This document shows positions 34,488 through 47,041 of a stretch of DNA of 64,000 nt, piece after piece. The notes under the pieces were generated by a model. The model had not been told where the DNA came from, did not search any database, and worked only from the letters and a program-made list of their open reading frames with translations. The stretch spans positions 3,287,008 to 3,351,007 of the forward strand of contig NC_068987.1 of the NCBI RefSeq assembly GCF_001194135.2. The letters run 5' to 3'. The first letter of the stretch is position 1. Each line of letters starts with the position of its first letter. The DNA is from Octopus bimaculoides. Its lineage: Eukaryota. Made by a program: the position numbers and the translations under genes.

Positions 34488-35633
34488 CTGTAAAATAAGA
34501 GGAATATAGATTATGATTTTGATATTGGTAAAATACAAGATGCAATCAAAATGAATAAAGAAATTACTTAGCCAACCAAATGCCAGTTGTTTGTTGTATT
34601 TCAAGTGAATTGCTTACGGACATTGCATTTGAAGAGGTGTGATTAACGATATTTAGTCGTTAAAGGTTGTCATTATTAGCTCTGGTTAATTCTAGAGGAC
34701 ATTTTAAGTCATAAATCGCAATTTTTAAACTACAAAAATATCGACTGTTTTGAAAACGTTTTTTTGTTTGTTTTTTTTTTGCATTTCCCATCAAAATATC
34801 ATTCATTGATATTTCATACACCTTCGCATTTGATACTATAGTTTCAAAAAAAACTAAAATGTTTATTATTTCAATTGAATAGAAAAGGATAAATATGCTT
34901 GTTTTTCAGTGATCCACATTTGGGACTTTTCGGAAAATTTATCATACTTTCCAAAAGAATTCACATATGAAGAAAATTTAAATACTATATATTATTCTAA
35001 CCCCCAAGACACCTGGCAAATCCAAAAAATGTAAATAAAAGAATTTGGCAGTTAATGGGTTAACAACACAGCTGAATCTACACCTCATGGCTAGAATAGT
35101 AATTACATGTTTTGTTTTGTTCAATAGAAACAAACACAAGGCATTTTGGTTTAGCCTTCTTGCTTGTTCTCCTTTTCAGTGACTAGTTTCAGTTATTGGA
35201 TTACAGCCAAGACACGTCACAGCCGACAGAGACCATCACCATCTCCTCCCCGCCACCACTGTTGCCGCCATCACCACCACCTCTTCAACAGTGTTTCAGG
35301 AACACGTTTATTTAATCAATCTATATTTTATTGATTAGTTGAGTTACCATATTCTGACACAAAGCAGCTTATTTTTCACAAAAGCCATTGTGTCAAATGC
35401 ATAAACACAAACATGGAATACCACAAGCGAAAACATGTACGCTTGTTTGTGTGTGTCTATACACACACACACACACACACACATAAACATATATAAAGAC
35501 ATACACACATAAACGTACATAAAAACATACATAACATAGATATATATATGTATACGTATATGTGTGTGTGTGTATGCATATCTATTCATCTGTATTATAT
35601 TATCTATATTAAATGTATGTGCATGTGTATGTT

Positions 35634-35691
<58 letters not shown>

Positions 35692-35955
35692 CACTCACAC
35701 ATACACACATACATAAATACAAATATATATATATATATAATATAGATAAATCGATAGATAGATAGATAGATAGATAGCAAGAGAGATAGCTAGATAGATA
35801 GATAGATAGGTAGAGAGAGAGAGAGAGAGAGAGAGATATGCATACACACACAAACACAACTATGCTTCTGCACAGTTTCTGTCAACCACATTCCACACAC
35901 ACTCTCTCTCTCTCTCTCTCTCTCTCTNNNNNNNNNNTCAACCACATTCCACACA

Positions 35956-36012
<57 letters not shown>

Positions 36013-37546
36013 CCTCTCATACAGAGGAGATTCATTGTCATATTCAGTGCAGCACATTTTGACTGTTGTCGTCACAGTGGCACCTTGTGAGCATGCCAAA
36101 GTGTCTCCTCTCTCCCACACAAAGATGCAACAAAAGATCTCAATTAAATTAATAACGAGCTGTTGTTAAGGCAGTGAGTGAGATGGCAGGATCCCCAGCA
36201 GACTGGGCAAGATGCTTAGCAGCATTTCATCTGTCACTAGGTTCTGAGTTCAAATTCTGCTGAGGTTGACTTTTCCTTTCATTCTCTCGGGGTCGATAAA
36301 ACAAGCACCAAATGAACACTTACCCACTTCCCCAAAAAAATTGCTGGCCTTGTGCCAAAATTTGAAACAATGGCAAGAGTGGATGGTACCTCTCTAAATG
36401 TACACCAGTGAGTCGGAGAGAAGGAATTGGAGAGGGTACTTGCTCCAGGGGTTACAGGGAAATCTCAGACAGTGGGGTTCCTCGATTATCCCTAGAGGCC
36501 TTCCTGTATCGGAAGATATGGAATCTCCATGAGAACTACATTAAGGGTACACATGTCAATGGGGTGCTGAACCCCTTGCATGTTAATGTCACAAGCAGGC
36601 TGTTCCGTTGATCAAATCAGCTGGAAGCTTCATCATTGTCATAACCGACAGATTGCTCAGCCTTGTCTATGAGGAGAGAAAATACCCAACATTGCTTTAC
36701 TCAGTAATGCCCAAGGTAAAACTATCAGGTGCATTGAGGATAAAGATACAGCATAATCTACTGATCAGAATCTCAATTTGGTTCCTTAGCAACCATTTCT
36801 GCTAGCCATCACATTCATGTTTTCAGTATTAAGCTTTGCCTTCTTCCCTATGAACAAGTTTGATTGATTTTTAATCTGTTCCTTCATTTCATCTTATCTT
36901 TTCACTTACACCCCTCCCAACTTTAATTTATATTCATTTCTCTCTCTCTCTCTCTCTGCCTTTGTTCCTTCTTCCTTCTTCTACCTCACTTAAAGAAAGT
37001 CTTTTTATTATTATATTTTTCTCCTTCTAATTTTCTGATAACAGTCTCAGCCGAAGTTACAAGACCTATTCTCTTTGGCAAACGAATATACTTCATTTTT
37101 TAAAATCTTTCCACTGCATCGATTCTTAATGATGCTAAGCTCAGTAAATCATACCAAATTATATTGATTACATTTGTTTCGTTCATGCTGATTGATAAGG
37201 AACCGCTTCTTGCAGTATTTCAACAATTCAGATTGTTAAAAAGACTGATAAAAATAATTGAAAACTTAAAAGAAAAATCAAATAAAACAGTAAAAAAATT
37301 AATCATTATTAAGCTGTTTCATTTATGATAAAATAAATAAAAATAGGCATAAAATAATAATGATGATGGTTTTATTAACTGTGGCAATGGTTAAAAGCTT
37401 GCTTCCAAAATATGTGGTCTTGAGTTCAGTCCCACTGCATGGTACCTTGGGCAAGTGTTTTCTACTATAGCCCCAAATCAAACAAAGTCTTTTGAATGAA
37501 TTTGGTAAACTACAACTAAAATTGTGTATATGTATGTGTGTGTATA

Positions 37547-37578
<32 letters not shown>

Positions 37579-37594
37579 AATCAAAATGGAAGTT

Positions 37595-38020
37595 GTAGTT
37601 ATGGCTGATGCCAGTGCCACCTGAATGGCTCCTGTGCTGGTGGCATGCAATAAGCACAATTCATGCGTAGGTCATTGCCAGTGTCACCTGACTGGCTCCC
37701 CATGCTGGTGGCACGTAAAAAGCACCATCTGAACATGATTGATGCCAGTCCCCCACACCAACTGGTTCCTGTGCCAGTAGCACGTAAAAACCACCATCCA
37801 AATGTGGCCGATGCCAGTGCCACCTGACTAGCTCCTGTGCCGGTGGCCCATAAAAAGCACCCACTACACTTTTGGAGTGGTTGGCATTAGGAAAAGCATC
37901 TAGATGTAGAAACTTTGCCAAATTAGATTGGAGCCTGGCACAGCCTTCTGGCTTGCCAGTCCTCAGTCAAACCGTCAAACCCATGCCAGCATGGAAAATG
38001 GACATTAAATGATGATGATC
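37595..38020 (+). mobile_element. Family C retroposon with four approx. 67-bp tandem units
   Basis: Units start near 37601, 37667, 37735 and 37804; family C tail follows. Confidence 0.82.
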
Positions 38021-38290
38021 ATAATAATATATATGCATGAATGTATGTGTATGTCTGTTTGTGTGTAGTCTTGTCTTGTTATCATGTGATGGCTGTAAAT
38101 GAGCATCACTGTCATGCAAACGAGGTTGTTTGTATCAAGTCTTTCATGCAAAATAGGTCTGGCCACGGGGAAATATTACCTTGCTTGGAAAGAGGTGAGG
38201 GTTGGTGACAGGAAGGGCATCCAGCCACAGAAAATCTGCCTCCGTAAATTCTGTATGACCCATGCAAGCACGGAAAAAAATGGATGTTAA

Positions 38291-38327
<37 letters not shown>

Positions 38328-38403
38328 CGACAACAACGATGACAACAATGACAACCATAAAATTAGAATGACAACATAAGAAGAATTTAAATAAAAGCCT
38401 CAC

Positions 38404-38572
38404 CTTTAACGATTAGTAAAGCTACTTCAGTAGTATTGTCCCAACTACTTAAACTTCTTGCTTTCCAAATATCTCCAAAACATCCAGTGTTTAATTTGCG
38501 ATCCGTGATACCAACAACTAATTCTCCAATGGCAATCAATTGGTGTTTAGATTGAGGAATAATCAACTCTTG
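38404..38572 (-). CDS. Kinase exon 1 (169 nt, phase 0-1), subdomains I-II: QELIIPQSKHQLIAIGELVVGITDRKLNTGCFGDIWKARSLSSWDNTTEVALLIVK
   Basis: G-loop LNTGCFGDIW; VALLIVK aligns to VAVKxLK; ttacag|CAA acceptor, G|gtgagg donor. Confidence 0.9.
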
Positions 38573-39393
38573 CTGTAAGTAGGAACAGAAAGGAAAAGAA
38601 ATTAAATTACAAAAAAAAAAAGACATGAATTTATTAAATATCCAAGTTGAACCTGGTGCAGCCTCCTGGCTTGCCAGTCCTTAGTCAAACCATCCAATCC
38701 ATGCCAGCAAGGAAAGCAGATGTTAAATGATGATGATGATGATGATGATGATATATATATGGTGCTTAGGTGCACAACAACTGATCAGAAAATGCAGTAG
38801 AAAAGTGCATAAAAGACAAAAGTGCATAAAATAGCTAAAAGTGCATTTCTCTATTAAACAAATAATATTCACATTTTTTCCAAAATGTTAAGACATAATT
38901 TTGTGAATGGTTTTTCAGCTTTCTTATGAAATGGTTCAAATGTAAAAAATACAAAGAAACAAAAAACGAAAATCAACAACAATACCTTACTGCTACAATT
39001 TACATTCAGGAAATTGCTTTTTTTAAAGATAAATAGGCATGACTGTGTGATTCAGAAGTTCACTTTGCAACCCCATGATTTCAGGTTCAATCACACCACA
39101 TGGCACCAGAAATGTCTTCTGCTAGAGTGCTTATAGCCTCATGAGTAAATTTTGATGGATAGAAATTGTGTGGAAGCCTGTCATATACTCAGGCACGACA
39201 GAAGTAAATAGACACCCCATAAAACATCGTTTTTACATTTGTTCTAATTTGTAATGGTTTATATTTTTTTATTAATTGACATTTTTCAGACAGACAGAGA
39301 CAGAGACAGGACAGAAAAAGAGAGAGAGAGATAGAGAGATAGAGATGTCACAAAAAGCAATAGGCTGGAGAGACAAGCAATCGGTGCCCCTAC

Positions 39394-39578
39394 CTTGTCA
39401 TCTGTGACTTCTGGTGCTTCATCATCCCGTGTGATGATAGTTTTATCTTTTTTCTTTTTGCTCACCAGCAACATAATAGCCATTAAGATGATACAAGTGA
39501 AAGTAAATAATCCAGTGAAAACTGCCAGAGCTATGGCCAAATTCTTCATGAGTTTTCGATAATCTTCTGCTAGTAATC
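39394..39578 (-). CDS. Transmembrane exon (185 nt, phase 1-0): RLLAEDYRKLMKNLAIALAVFTGLFTFTCIILMAIMLLVSKKKKDKTIITRDDEAPEVTDDK
   Basis: About 26-residue hydrophobic stretch followed by a KKKK stop-transfer cluster; cgttcag|GA acceptor, AAG|gtaggg donor. Confidence 0.92.
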
Positions 39579-39993
39579 CTGAACGAAAATTAATGAACTT
39601 GTTAATAATTCTTCACACATTTATGGAATTGAATGAAATTAATTAATGATTATAATTAGTTTGCAAGTTTCTTCTACTAGGCCTTGTGAGTGAATTAGGT
39701 AGATGGAAACTGAATGAAACCTGCCATATGTGTGGTGTGTGTATATGTGTGTGGATGTGTGTATATGTGTGTGGATGTGTGTATATGTATGTGTGTGTGT
39801 ATGTGTGTGTTTGCATATGTTTGTGCATGTGTGTGTATGTGTGTGCATATGGCATGTGTGTGTGTGTGTGGTGCATGTGTACTTGTCTGCATGTGTGTGT
39901 GTACATGTGCGTGCGTGTACATATGCATGTGCATGCAGGTGTACACGCATGTGTGTGGTACATGTGTGTGTGTGAGTGAGTGAGTGAGTGAAT

Positions 39994-40057
<64 letters not shown>

Positions 40058-40346
40058 TGCTTTTATATTGCACAATGGTTGTAAACAAGAATTCCTGTCA
40101 TACAATTATTGTCATTCATTTCCAATATTCAGTGGAAACATCTGGTCACAAGGAAAATATTATTTTACATGGAAACAGGTGAGGGTTGATGACAGGAAAG
40201 GCATCTGGCAGTAGAAAACCTGCCTCAGTGAACTCCATCCAACCCATGCAAACATGGAAAAGTAGACACTGCAATGATGAAGATGATGATGATGATATAC
40301 AGGAGCAAGGGTTAGCAGAGTGCGATTGACCAACACATAAATTACT

Positions 40347-40636
40347 AGAGTAAAGATTATTTGCCAACATAACATGGTTTAGGACGAATGTTGCTGTAAT
40401 TTAGCCCTAGGAGACATCGTCTCCAGCTGGCTATACGACACAATCAGTGTCCTTATATTTTCAAACAAGGGAATCTAGCACCCCCACTCAGCTCAAAACA
40501 ATATCTGTGTATCGTGATTTCCGGGTTATTTCCCTTCATCAGCACAGAATACATGATGTCTCCTGGGGCTAAATTACAGCAACATTCGTCCTAAACCAGG
40601 ACTGCCATGTTATGTTGGGAAACAATCTTTACTCCA
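40347..40636. mobile_element. Penelope-type fold-back element, arms 40347-40418 / 40555-40635
   Basis: tggtttaggacgaatgttgctgtaatttagccctaggagacatc versus gatgtctcctggggctaaattacagcaacattcgtcctaaacca. Confidence 0.8.
40504..40548 (-). ncRNA. Type-I hammerhead ribozyme motif, sense to the receptor intron between EGF9 and the TM exon
   Basis: UCUGUG-CUGAUGA-A-GGG(aaauaa)CCC-G-GAAA-UC(ac)GA-UA-CACAGA; 6-bp helix I, AUA triplet; an A.G juxtaposition replaces the usual G10.1-C11.1 pair. Confidence 0.68.
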
Positions 40637-41174
40637 AAGTCCTGTTGCTGAATATCTCTCGTTGTGAGATTTACAAATAGTAATTTTCTATTACATAAAT
40701 TACTTTTTATGTTTTAACTTTTCAACTGATGAGAAGGAAGTGATGTATTTGGTGTACAGACAATTATTAGTAGCAGTGAATGGAAAATATAAAGAAACTA
40801 GAAAGGGTTAATCTTTTCTACTCTAGGCACAAGGCCCGAAATGTTTTGGGAAGGGGCCAGTTGATTAGATCGAACCCAGTACGCAACGTTTCTGCCGGAT
40901 TGCCACCTTATGAGAAAGGGTTAATGAAAATGGACTGAGTCGGTCAATTGCTCTCATCTAAGTGTAGCTAATCTATAAAAGAAACTGTAACAGAAACAAA
41001 TGCTGTTAAAGATTACGGTAAAAGTTTAGTGGTTGTGAAGCACTAGTAGTGATAGTGCTTATGATGATGATGATGATGGTGGTGGTGATGATGATGATGA
41101 TGCCACTGGCGCCACTGATGGCAATGGGTTGGAATAAGTATTAATGTGAAAAAGTAAAAATTTCAAGGGCTTAC

Positions 41175-41312
41175 GTTTGTCGCAAACACTGCCAATGTAT
41201 CCACCCAAACAGCCATCAGGGCATGTTCCGTTGAAGGGATTGCATGTTTTATTATTGGCACAAAATCCACAGACAGTTGAGCAGTTGAAGCCATAAAAAC
41301 CAGGCTCACATT
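41175..41312 (-). CDS. EGF-like exon 9 (138 nt): ECEPGFYGFNCSTVCGFCANNKTCNPFNGTCPDGCLGGYIGSVCDK
   Basis: 8-Cys module; tttag|AA acceptor, C|gtaagc donor. Confidence 0.93.
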
Positions 41313-42094
41313 CTAAATACAAGAAAAAATGAGTGAAAAATTTAATTTTCAAAAATAAGCTTTTTGTTTATTGTTTGGAATAAAGCAAAAATTCTTGTCT
41401 AAGTTTAATATTTAGTTTAAAAAGGTTCATTAATTTTTTTCTTAATTTATTAAAATCCACTCAGTTTTAGAACTGATTAAACAAAGTTTCAGAGATTATT
41501 AAATAATTTAAACAATGCATCTATCCATCCATTTTCTCCAACCACTATTACCGAGGGGGTCATAGGGGTACAATCCTCAGGGTACAATCTCCCCGTAGGG
41601 TCCTGTCAGAAGCAACTACCATTACATTTTCTGGTTGGATTCCCAAGCATGACTAACTAAGACTTGGGATATTATCCAACCATTTTGCTCTTGGTTTACT
41701 TCTGCCAGTTGGCTTGGCTTGAAGAATGCATTTTGTGATTCTAATCATACATTCATAGAATTGGAACTGTGACCTTTCTCTACAGAGAAGTAATGGTTTG
41801 ACTTGGAGAAAATCTCTGATCTCTCAGCCATGCTCTCAGTTGAGCAATGATACTCCAGATACCCTTTGGTGGAACCTCATTCCAGCCAATTGTTTTCTCT
41901 TTTGGTTCTTGCCCAACATTCATGACCATAAATAAAGATTGGCATGGAAACCAAACTGAAGAAAACGATAATCATATTTAAGAACATCTCAATACTTAAC
42001 ATTATTAATTCATTAATAATAATAATTCATTTATTAAACAACTTAATTTCGCAGCAGTTTATCATTCCAACAAGATATAATCTTGTTATCTTAC

Positions 42095-42235
42095 CTTCAG
42101 TGCACATATCTCCAGTCCATCCATTTTCACAATGATTTTTGGGACAGAAACCTTCCACAGAGTCACAAGTTACTCCGTCTTTGCAGAAACCACAATAGTA
42201 GGAACAGTTTAATCCAAAGGTGCCATGTTCACAAT
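42095..42235 (-). CDS. EGF-like exon 8 (141 nt): YCEHGTFGLNCSYYCGFCKDGVTCDSVEGFCPKNHCENGWTGDMCTE
   Basis: 8-Cys module; gaccag|AT acceptor, G|gtaaga donor; absent from the ORF track. Confidence 0.92.
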
Positions 42236-43264
42236 CTGGTCAAAACATTTCAAAAGAACATTTTATTATTTCTTTTATTCTGCTTATTTTGAAAAGCAAT
42301 ATTTGTGTAAAAAATACTTTTTTTTACATGCTTAAAAAAATAAATATCAATTGTTAGTGATGTCAGTGCTTCTTACTGTCAGATCATTTCAAAAAGAAAA
42401 TATTCTTTTCTACTCTACAATGATTACAATGATGATGATGGTAATGATGGTGATAGTGGTAGTGGTAGTGATGAGAATGATGATGGTAATGATAGTGATG
42501 ATAATGGTGGTGGTGGTGGTGGTAACGGTGGTGAGAACATGCCTGTATTTCAATCAGTGTTATTTGAGTTCAAGTTTACCAAAGTAGACCAGTGTTGTGC
42601 CTCGTTTATATCAAAGCCTAACTTCACAATTAAAACCACAAAAATAAAGGTTTGTCAAATAAATACCAGATTAAAAATAAGTAGCGAGATTAATATAAAT
42701 CACAAACACTCATGAAAGTAAGTGCTCCAGCATGGCCACAGTCTAATAACTGAAACCCCCGTAGAAAAATAACAATAAAACAATTGTGCAAGTTTTGCAT
42801 AATTCAGTCTTCTGTATTTTGTGAAAAGTCTATTTTAGAAGTCTCTTTGTAAAGCACTTAATGTGTGTGTGTGTGTGTATGTGTGTGTTTGTGTGTGTAT
42901 GTGTGTGAGGTACACACTCGATTTATTTCTATTCAATTTCATACTTGGATGGTTTACAATAAAAGTAGCTTTCATAAATATTGCATCAAAAAGATTTTGT
43001 TAATTTATTACCTAGGAAGCCATAAATGAATAAATGAAAGAGAATTTCTATGAAGTGAGAACTGGTATCAACAACACCCAGCACTTGAGACACATAAGTA
43101 CTATTCAGTCGTATTAGTGTTTAAGCTCAATTGATGTTATCGATCCGTTCAGTGTTCAATTTCTCATATATTATCTTCATGTCGCTTTCACTGTGTTAAA
43201 TCATATCATCAACAAAATGGCATCGAAAGAAGATCGAGGCATTTTTTATTCTTCTGTCAGTGCC

Positions 43265-43645
43265 ATGTAAGAAAGCACTTGTGCTGGTACCACATGAAAA
43301 AGCACCTGTGTTGGTACCGCATAAAAAACACCTGTGCTGGTACCACATAAAAGAGGACCTGCGCTGGTACCACATAAAAAAAGCACCTGTGCTGGTACCA
43401 CATAAAAAACACCTGTGCTGGTACCACATAAAAAAAGGACTTGTGCTGGTACCACATAAAAAAAGCACCTGTGCTGGCGCTATGTCAAAAGTACCGAGTA
43501 CACTCAGTAAATTGATTGGTGTTAGGAAGGGCATCCAATCATAGAAAACATGTCGAAACAGATCACTGGGGCCTGGTGCAGCCCTCTGGCTAACCAGCTC
43601 CTATCAAACTGTCCAACCCATACCAACATGGAAAACAGACATTAA

Positions 43646-43677
<32 letters not shown>

Positions 43678-43700
43678 GAAGATGAGGATGAGGATGACCA
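43265..43700 (+). mobile_element. Family C retroposon whose internal array is an approx. 29-bp repeat (CACCTGTGCTGGTACCACATAAAAAAG, about 8 units, 43268-43480)
   Basis: Tandem units read directly, followed by the family C tail and (GAT)n. Confidence 0.82.
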
Positions 43701-44516
43701 CTCCCTGTATCTCTCTCCAGCCATCAGCCATCAAGCATTTACCTCTCACACCCACCACAAATCTTATTTACCTACCCACGTCACTTCTCTTTCTTGTAAC
43801 TTGAGCGTATGCCCTGATAAATCTTCTCCGCCATCCCCCTTCCCTTCTAAACGGGGTAACCACATATTTCCTCCTACAGCAAGATTCCTGTTTCAGGCCC
43901 TCTTTCATATTTTAACATCTCATCAGCCGGCACAAAGACCCCCCCCCCCTCTCAATATTACTTCTCCATCTTCAATTGAGTGGGGGTGGTCTTGTCTTGC
44001 AAGTCAGTTGGTGACCTCACTAGTGCTGGCGCCACATGAAGAGCCCCCTGTCCACACACTGTAAAGTGGTTGATACTAGTAAGGTCTCCAGCCCCAGAAA
44101 CCATGCCAAGGCAGACACTGGAGCTTGCCAACGTCTGTCAATCTGTCCAACCCATACACCATCATCATCATCATCAGAATGGAAAATAGATGATGATGAT
44201 GGTGATGGTGATGGTGGTTGGTGATGGATAAACGCTATGTAGAAACACTGTCTTCAAAGACCTAGACAATTTCATTGACCACAATACTAGTAGACTAGTT
44301 ACAGACTGAAAAGCCTGTTATATTAAAAATTCATGTTACACACAATGAGAGTTAATAAAGAACAGGTGAACTACTTTGTAGTAAAAACATGGAAACATTG
44401 CATGTGTTCAGCAGATCACCAGTTCAAGCCTGTGTCACTGGGGTTAGGATGCTTAGGTAATACATATATGTGTATGTACACATACATAAATACACACACA
44501 CACACACATATATATA

Positions 44517-44689
44517 TAGGTGCAGGAGTGGCTGTGTGGTAAGAAGCTTGCTTCCCAACCACATGGTTCCGGGTCCAGTCCCACTACATGGCACCTTGGG
44601 CAAGTATCTTCTACTATAACCTTGGACCAACCAAAGCCTCGTGAGTGGATTTGGTAGATGGAAACTGAAAGAAGCCTGTCGTATATATG

Positions 44690-44740
<51 letters not shown>

Positions 44741-44995
44741 GTGTGTGTGAGCGTGTGTGTTAGTGTGTACTCGTCTTGACATCTTGTGATGGTTGTAAAT
44801 GAGCATCACTGTCATACAAGTGAGGTTGTTTACTTGCAGTCTTCCATGAAAAACATGTCTAGCTATGGGAAAATATTACTTGGAAACAGGTGAAGATTGG
44901 TGGCAGGAAGGACAAGCAATCATGGAAAATCTGGCTGGACTAATTCTGTCTGACCCATGCAAGCATTGAAAAGTAGACAGTAAATGATGATGATG
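44517..44995 (+). mobile_element. SINE family B head + (GT)n + alternative (GAT)n-ending tail
   Basis: ggtgcaggagtggctgtgtggtaagaagc head; tail similar to 38050-38340 and 40060-40300. Confidence 0.75.
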
Positions 44996-45206
44996 ATGAG
45001 GTATGTATACTGTATACTAAGACAAAAATGTGATTAGTTGATGCTTGCTACAATACGTGCAACTTACATACAAATCTGACATAAGCCTAGGGATTGTCTA
45101 TATTTGATCTATTTTCAGTTCCAAGTTATTGTCTTTGGTTTTCAATTCAGGCAACATTGACACCACTAGCACAAGGATTCTTAAGATACGTCAGTTATAT
45201 ACTTAC

Positions 45207-45344
45207 AAAGTGAGCAGTTTGCGCCTCTCCAGCCTGTCTGACAACTGCTAACACACACACCAGTTGATTTATTGCAAACTTCGCTCTCATCAATACAACG
45301 GCATTTCTCTTGACAGTTTGGTCCAAAGGTATAATCATCACATT
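45207..45344 (-). CDS. EGF-like exon 7 (138 nt): ECDDYTFGPNCQEKCRCIDESEVCNKSTGVCVSSCQTGWRGANCSL
   Basis: 8-Cys module; ttccag|AA acceptor, T|gtaagt donor. Confidence 0.93.
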
Positions 45345-45592
45345 CTGGAAGATGAATAAAAGACATTAAATACTGATTTCAAATTTTTATTACAAAGCCA
45401 GCAATTTTGGGGAGGAGGAGGAGGCAAGTCCATTATATCGACTCCAGTGTTTAACTGGTACTTATTTTATCAATCTCAAAAGGATGAAAGGCAAAGTTAA
45501 CCTCAGCAGAATGTGAACACAGAACATAAAGACCGATGAAATGCTGTGAAGCATTTTGCCCCAACATGCCAATAATTCTGCCAGTTCACTAC

Positions 45593-45823
45593 CTTAACCC
45601 TTTCAATACCAACCTGACTGAAACTGCCCCTGGCTCTGTAGTACAAATGTCTTGTTTTCATAAGTTTTGAATTAAAATCTTCCACCAAACCTTAGTCACA
45701 ATTTATGTTCCTAACACTAGCTTCATGATAACTAAGTTATTTTACTAAATTCTTTGTTATATTTAAAATTAATTGAAAGAAACCCAGAGCATCTCAAAAT
45801 AAATACAGTAACAAAAGGGTCAA
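45593..45823. mobile_element. piggyBac-like MITE, family 2
   Basis: ttaaccctttcaatacc...aaaagggtcaa; matching end ggtatcaaaagggttaa at about 50670-50686. Confidence 0.65.
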
Positions 45824-45894
45824 GGTCATTAAATATTAAAAGAAAGAAATAAAGAAAACTAAAATTGATAAAAAAAAAACTGAAACAAATGCCT

Positions 45895-46490
45895 GGTCTT
45901 GTTTAGAATGAAAAAAGATAATTTTTTCCCCTTGGTTCATATCAAACTTGGCTTGAAGAAACAGTCCATGAAGATCTTAAATACTGAGAGTCCTTATTTT
46001 CAATATATGGTTTCTGCTTTTCCTGCTTTGTCTTTGAAGAAGATCAAAACAAGTGTGTTCAATGGTGCTTACATTCATGCTCTTGTGTTGAGACAAGGAA
46101 TTTGTTTGGAAAACAGATGACAAGGAGAAAGCAGCATAGTTGTCTTTTATGGCACATGTATGAAACTTTTGGGGGAACAACAAGGCAGAGAACTACAAAA
46201 TTATGTTTACTAGAATGCTGCTGGCTTTTCACAATCTTGGATGCAACACGAGTGTCTGGTTCCATTTCCTGAACAGTCACTTTGATCAATTCCCAGAGAA
46301 TCTTGGGACTGTAAGTAATGAACAAGGAAAGGGCTTTCATCTGAGCCTCATAACCATAGAAGAGCACTACCAAGGGCAATGGCAGAAAATATGGTGGCAG
46401 ATTCCTGCTGGAGCATCAAATTGGATTGCCCTGAAGGAGTCCACAAATGCAAAATCTATAAGTGCAAACTTGCCTGAATAGCACCTATCG
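45895..46490 (+). mobile_element. Degenerate DNA-transposase C-terminal fragment of a widespread invertebrate family (superfamily not assigned)
   Basis: PLVHIKLGLKKQ...FPALSLKKIKTSVFNG and frameshifted LGCNTSVWFHFLNSHFDQFPENLGTVSNEQGKGFH...EEHYQGQW. Confidence 0.75.
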
Positions 46491-46844
46491 GAATTTTGTA
46501 TTCCATCTTTATCAATAGTTCTGAATCACTTATCAGCTTTATGCCCCAGGGTCCCAGGACATGCATCAGTTGCACACCCACCCTATGCCTTCCAGAATAA
46601 GTTGCAGGCTTATTTTTGGTTATACTGGCATTGAGTGGAGACTGCAATATATTTTTTGAATGAACCCCTCTCCCTAAGATTTGAACTAGTCCCTTGTTGA
46701 CCTGCATGACAGAAGGTGCAATATGATTATTCTTTCAAACCCTTTTTCATATTTGTAGATTTTGGTGTCTTATTCTCACCGGGCACCAAGTTGTCACTTA
46801 ATGACAACCTTTGTAGCTAATTAAAATAGAAAGTTTACAAATAA

Positions 46845-47005
46845 ATGCAGGAGTGGCCGTGTGGTAAGTAGCTTGCTTACCAACCACATGATTCCTGGTT
46901 CAGTCCCACTGCATGGCACCTTGGGCAAGTGTCTTCTACTATAGCCTTGGGCCAACCAAAGCCTTGTGAGTGGATTTGGTAGAAGGAAACTGGAAGAAGC
47001 CCGTC

Positions 47006-47041
<36 letters not shown>

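Noticed and set aside
43268-43480. Regular approx. 29-bp repeats superficially like a CRISPR array
   Set aside because: No unique spacers, eukaryotic context, and embedded in a family C retroposon
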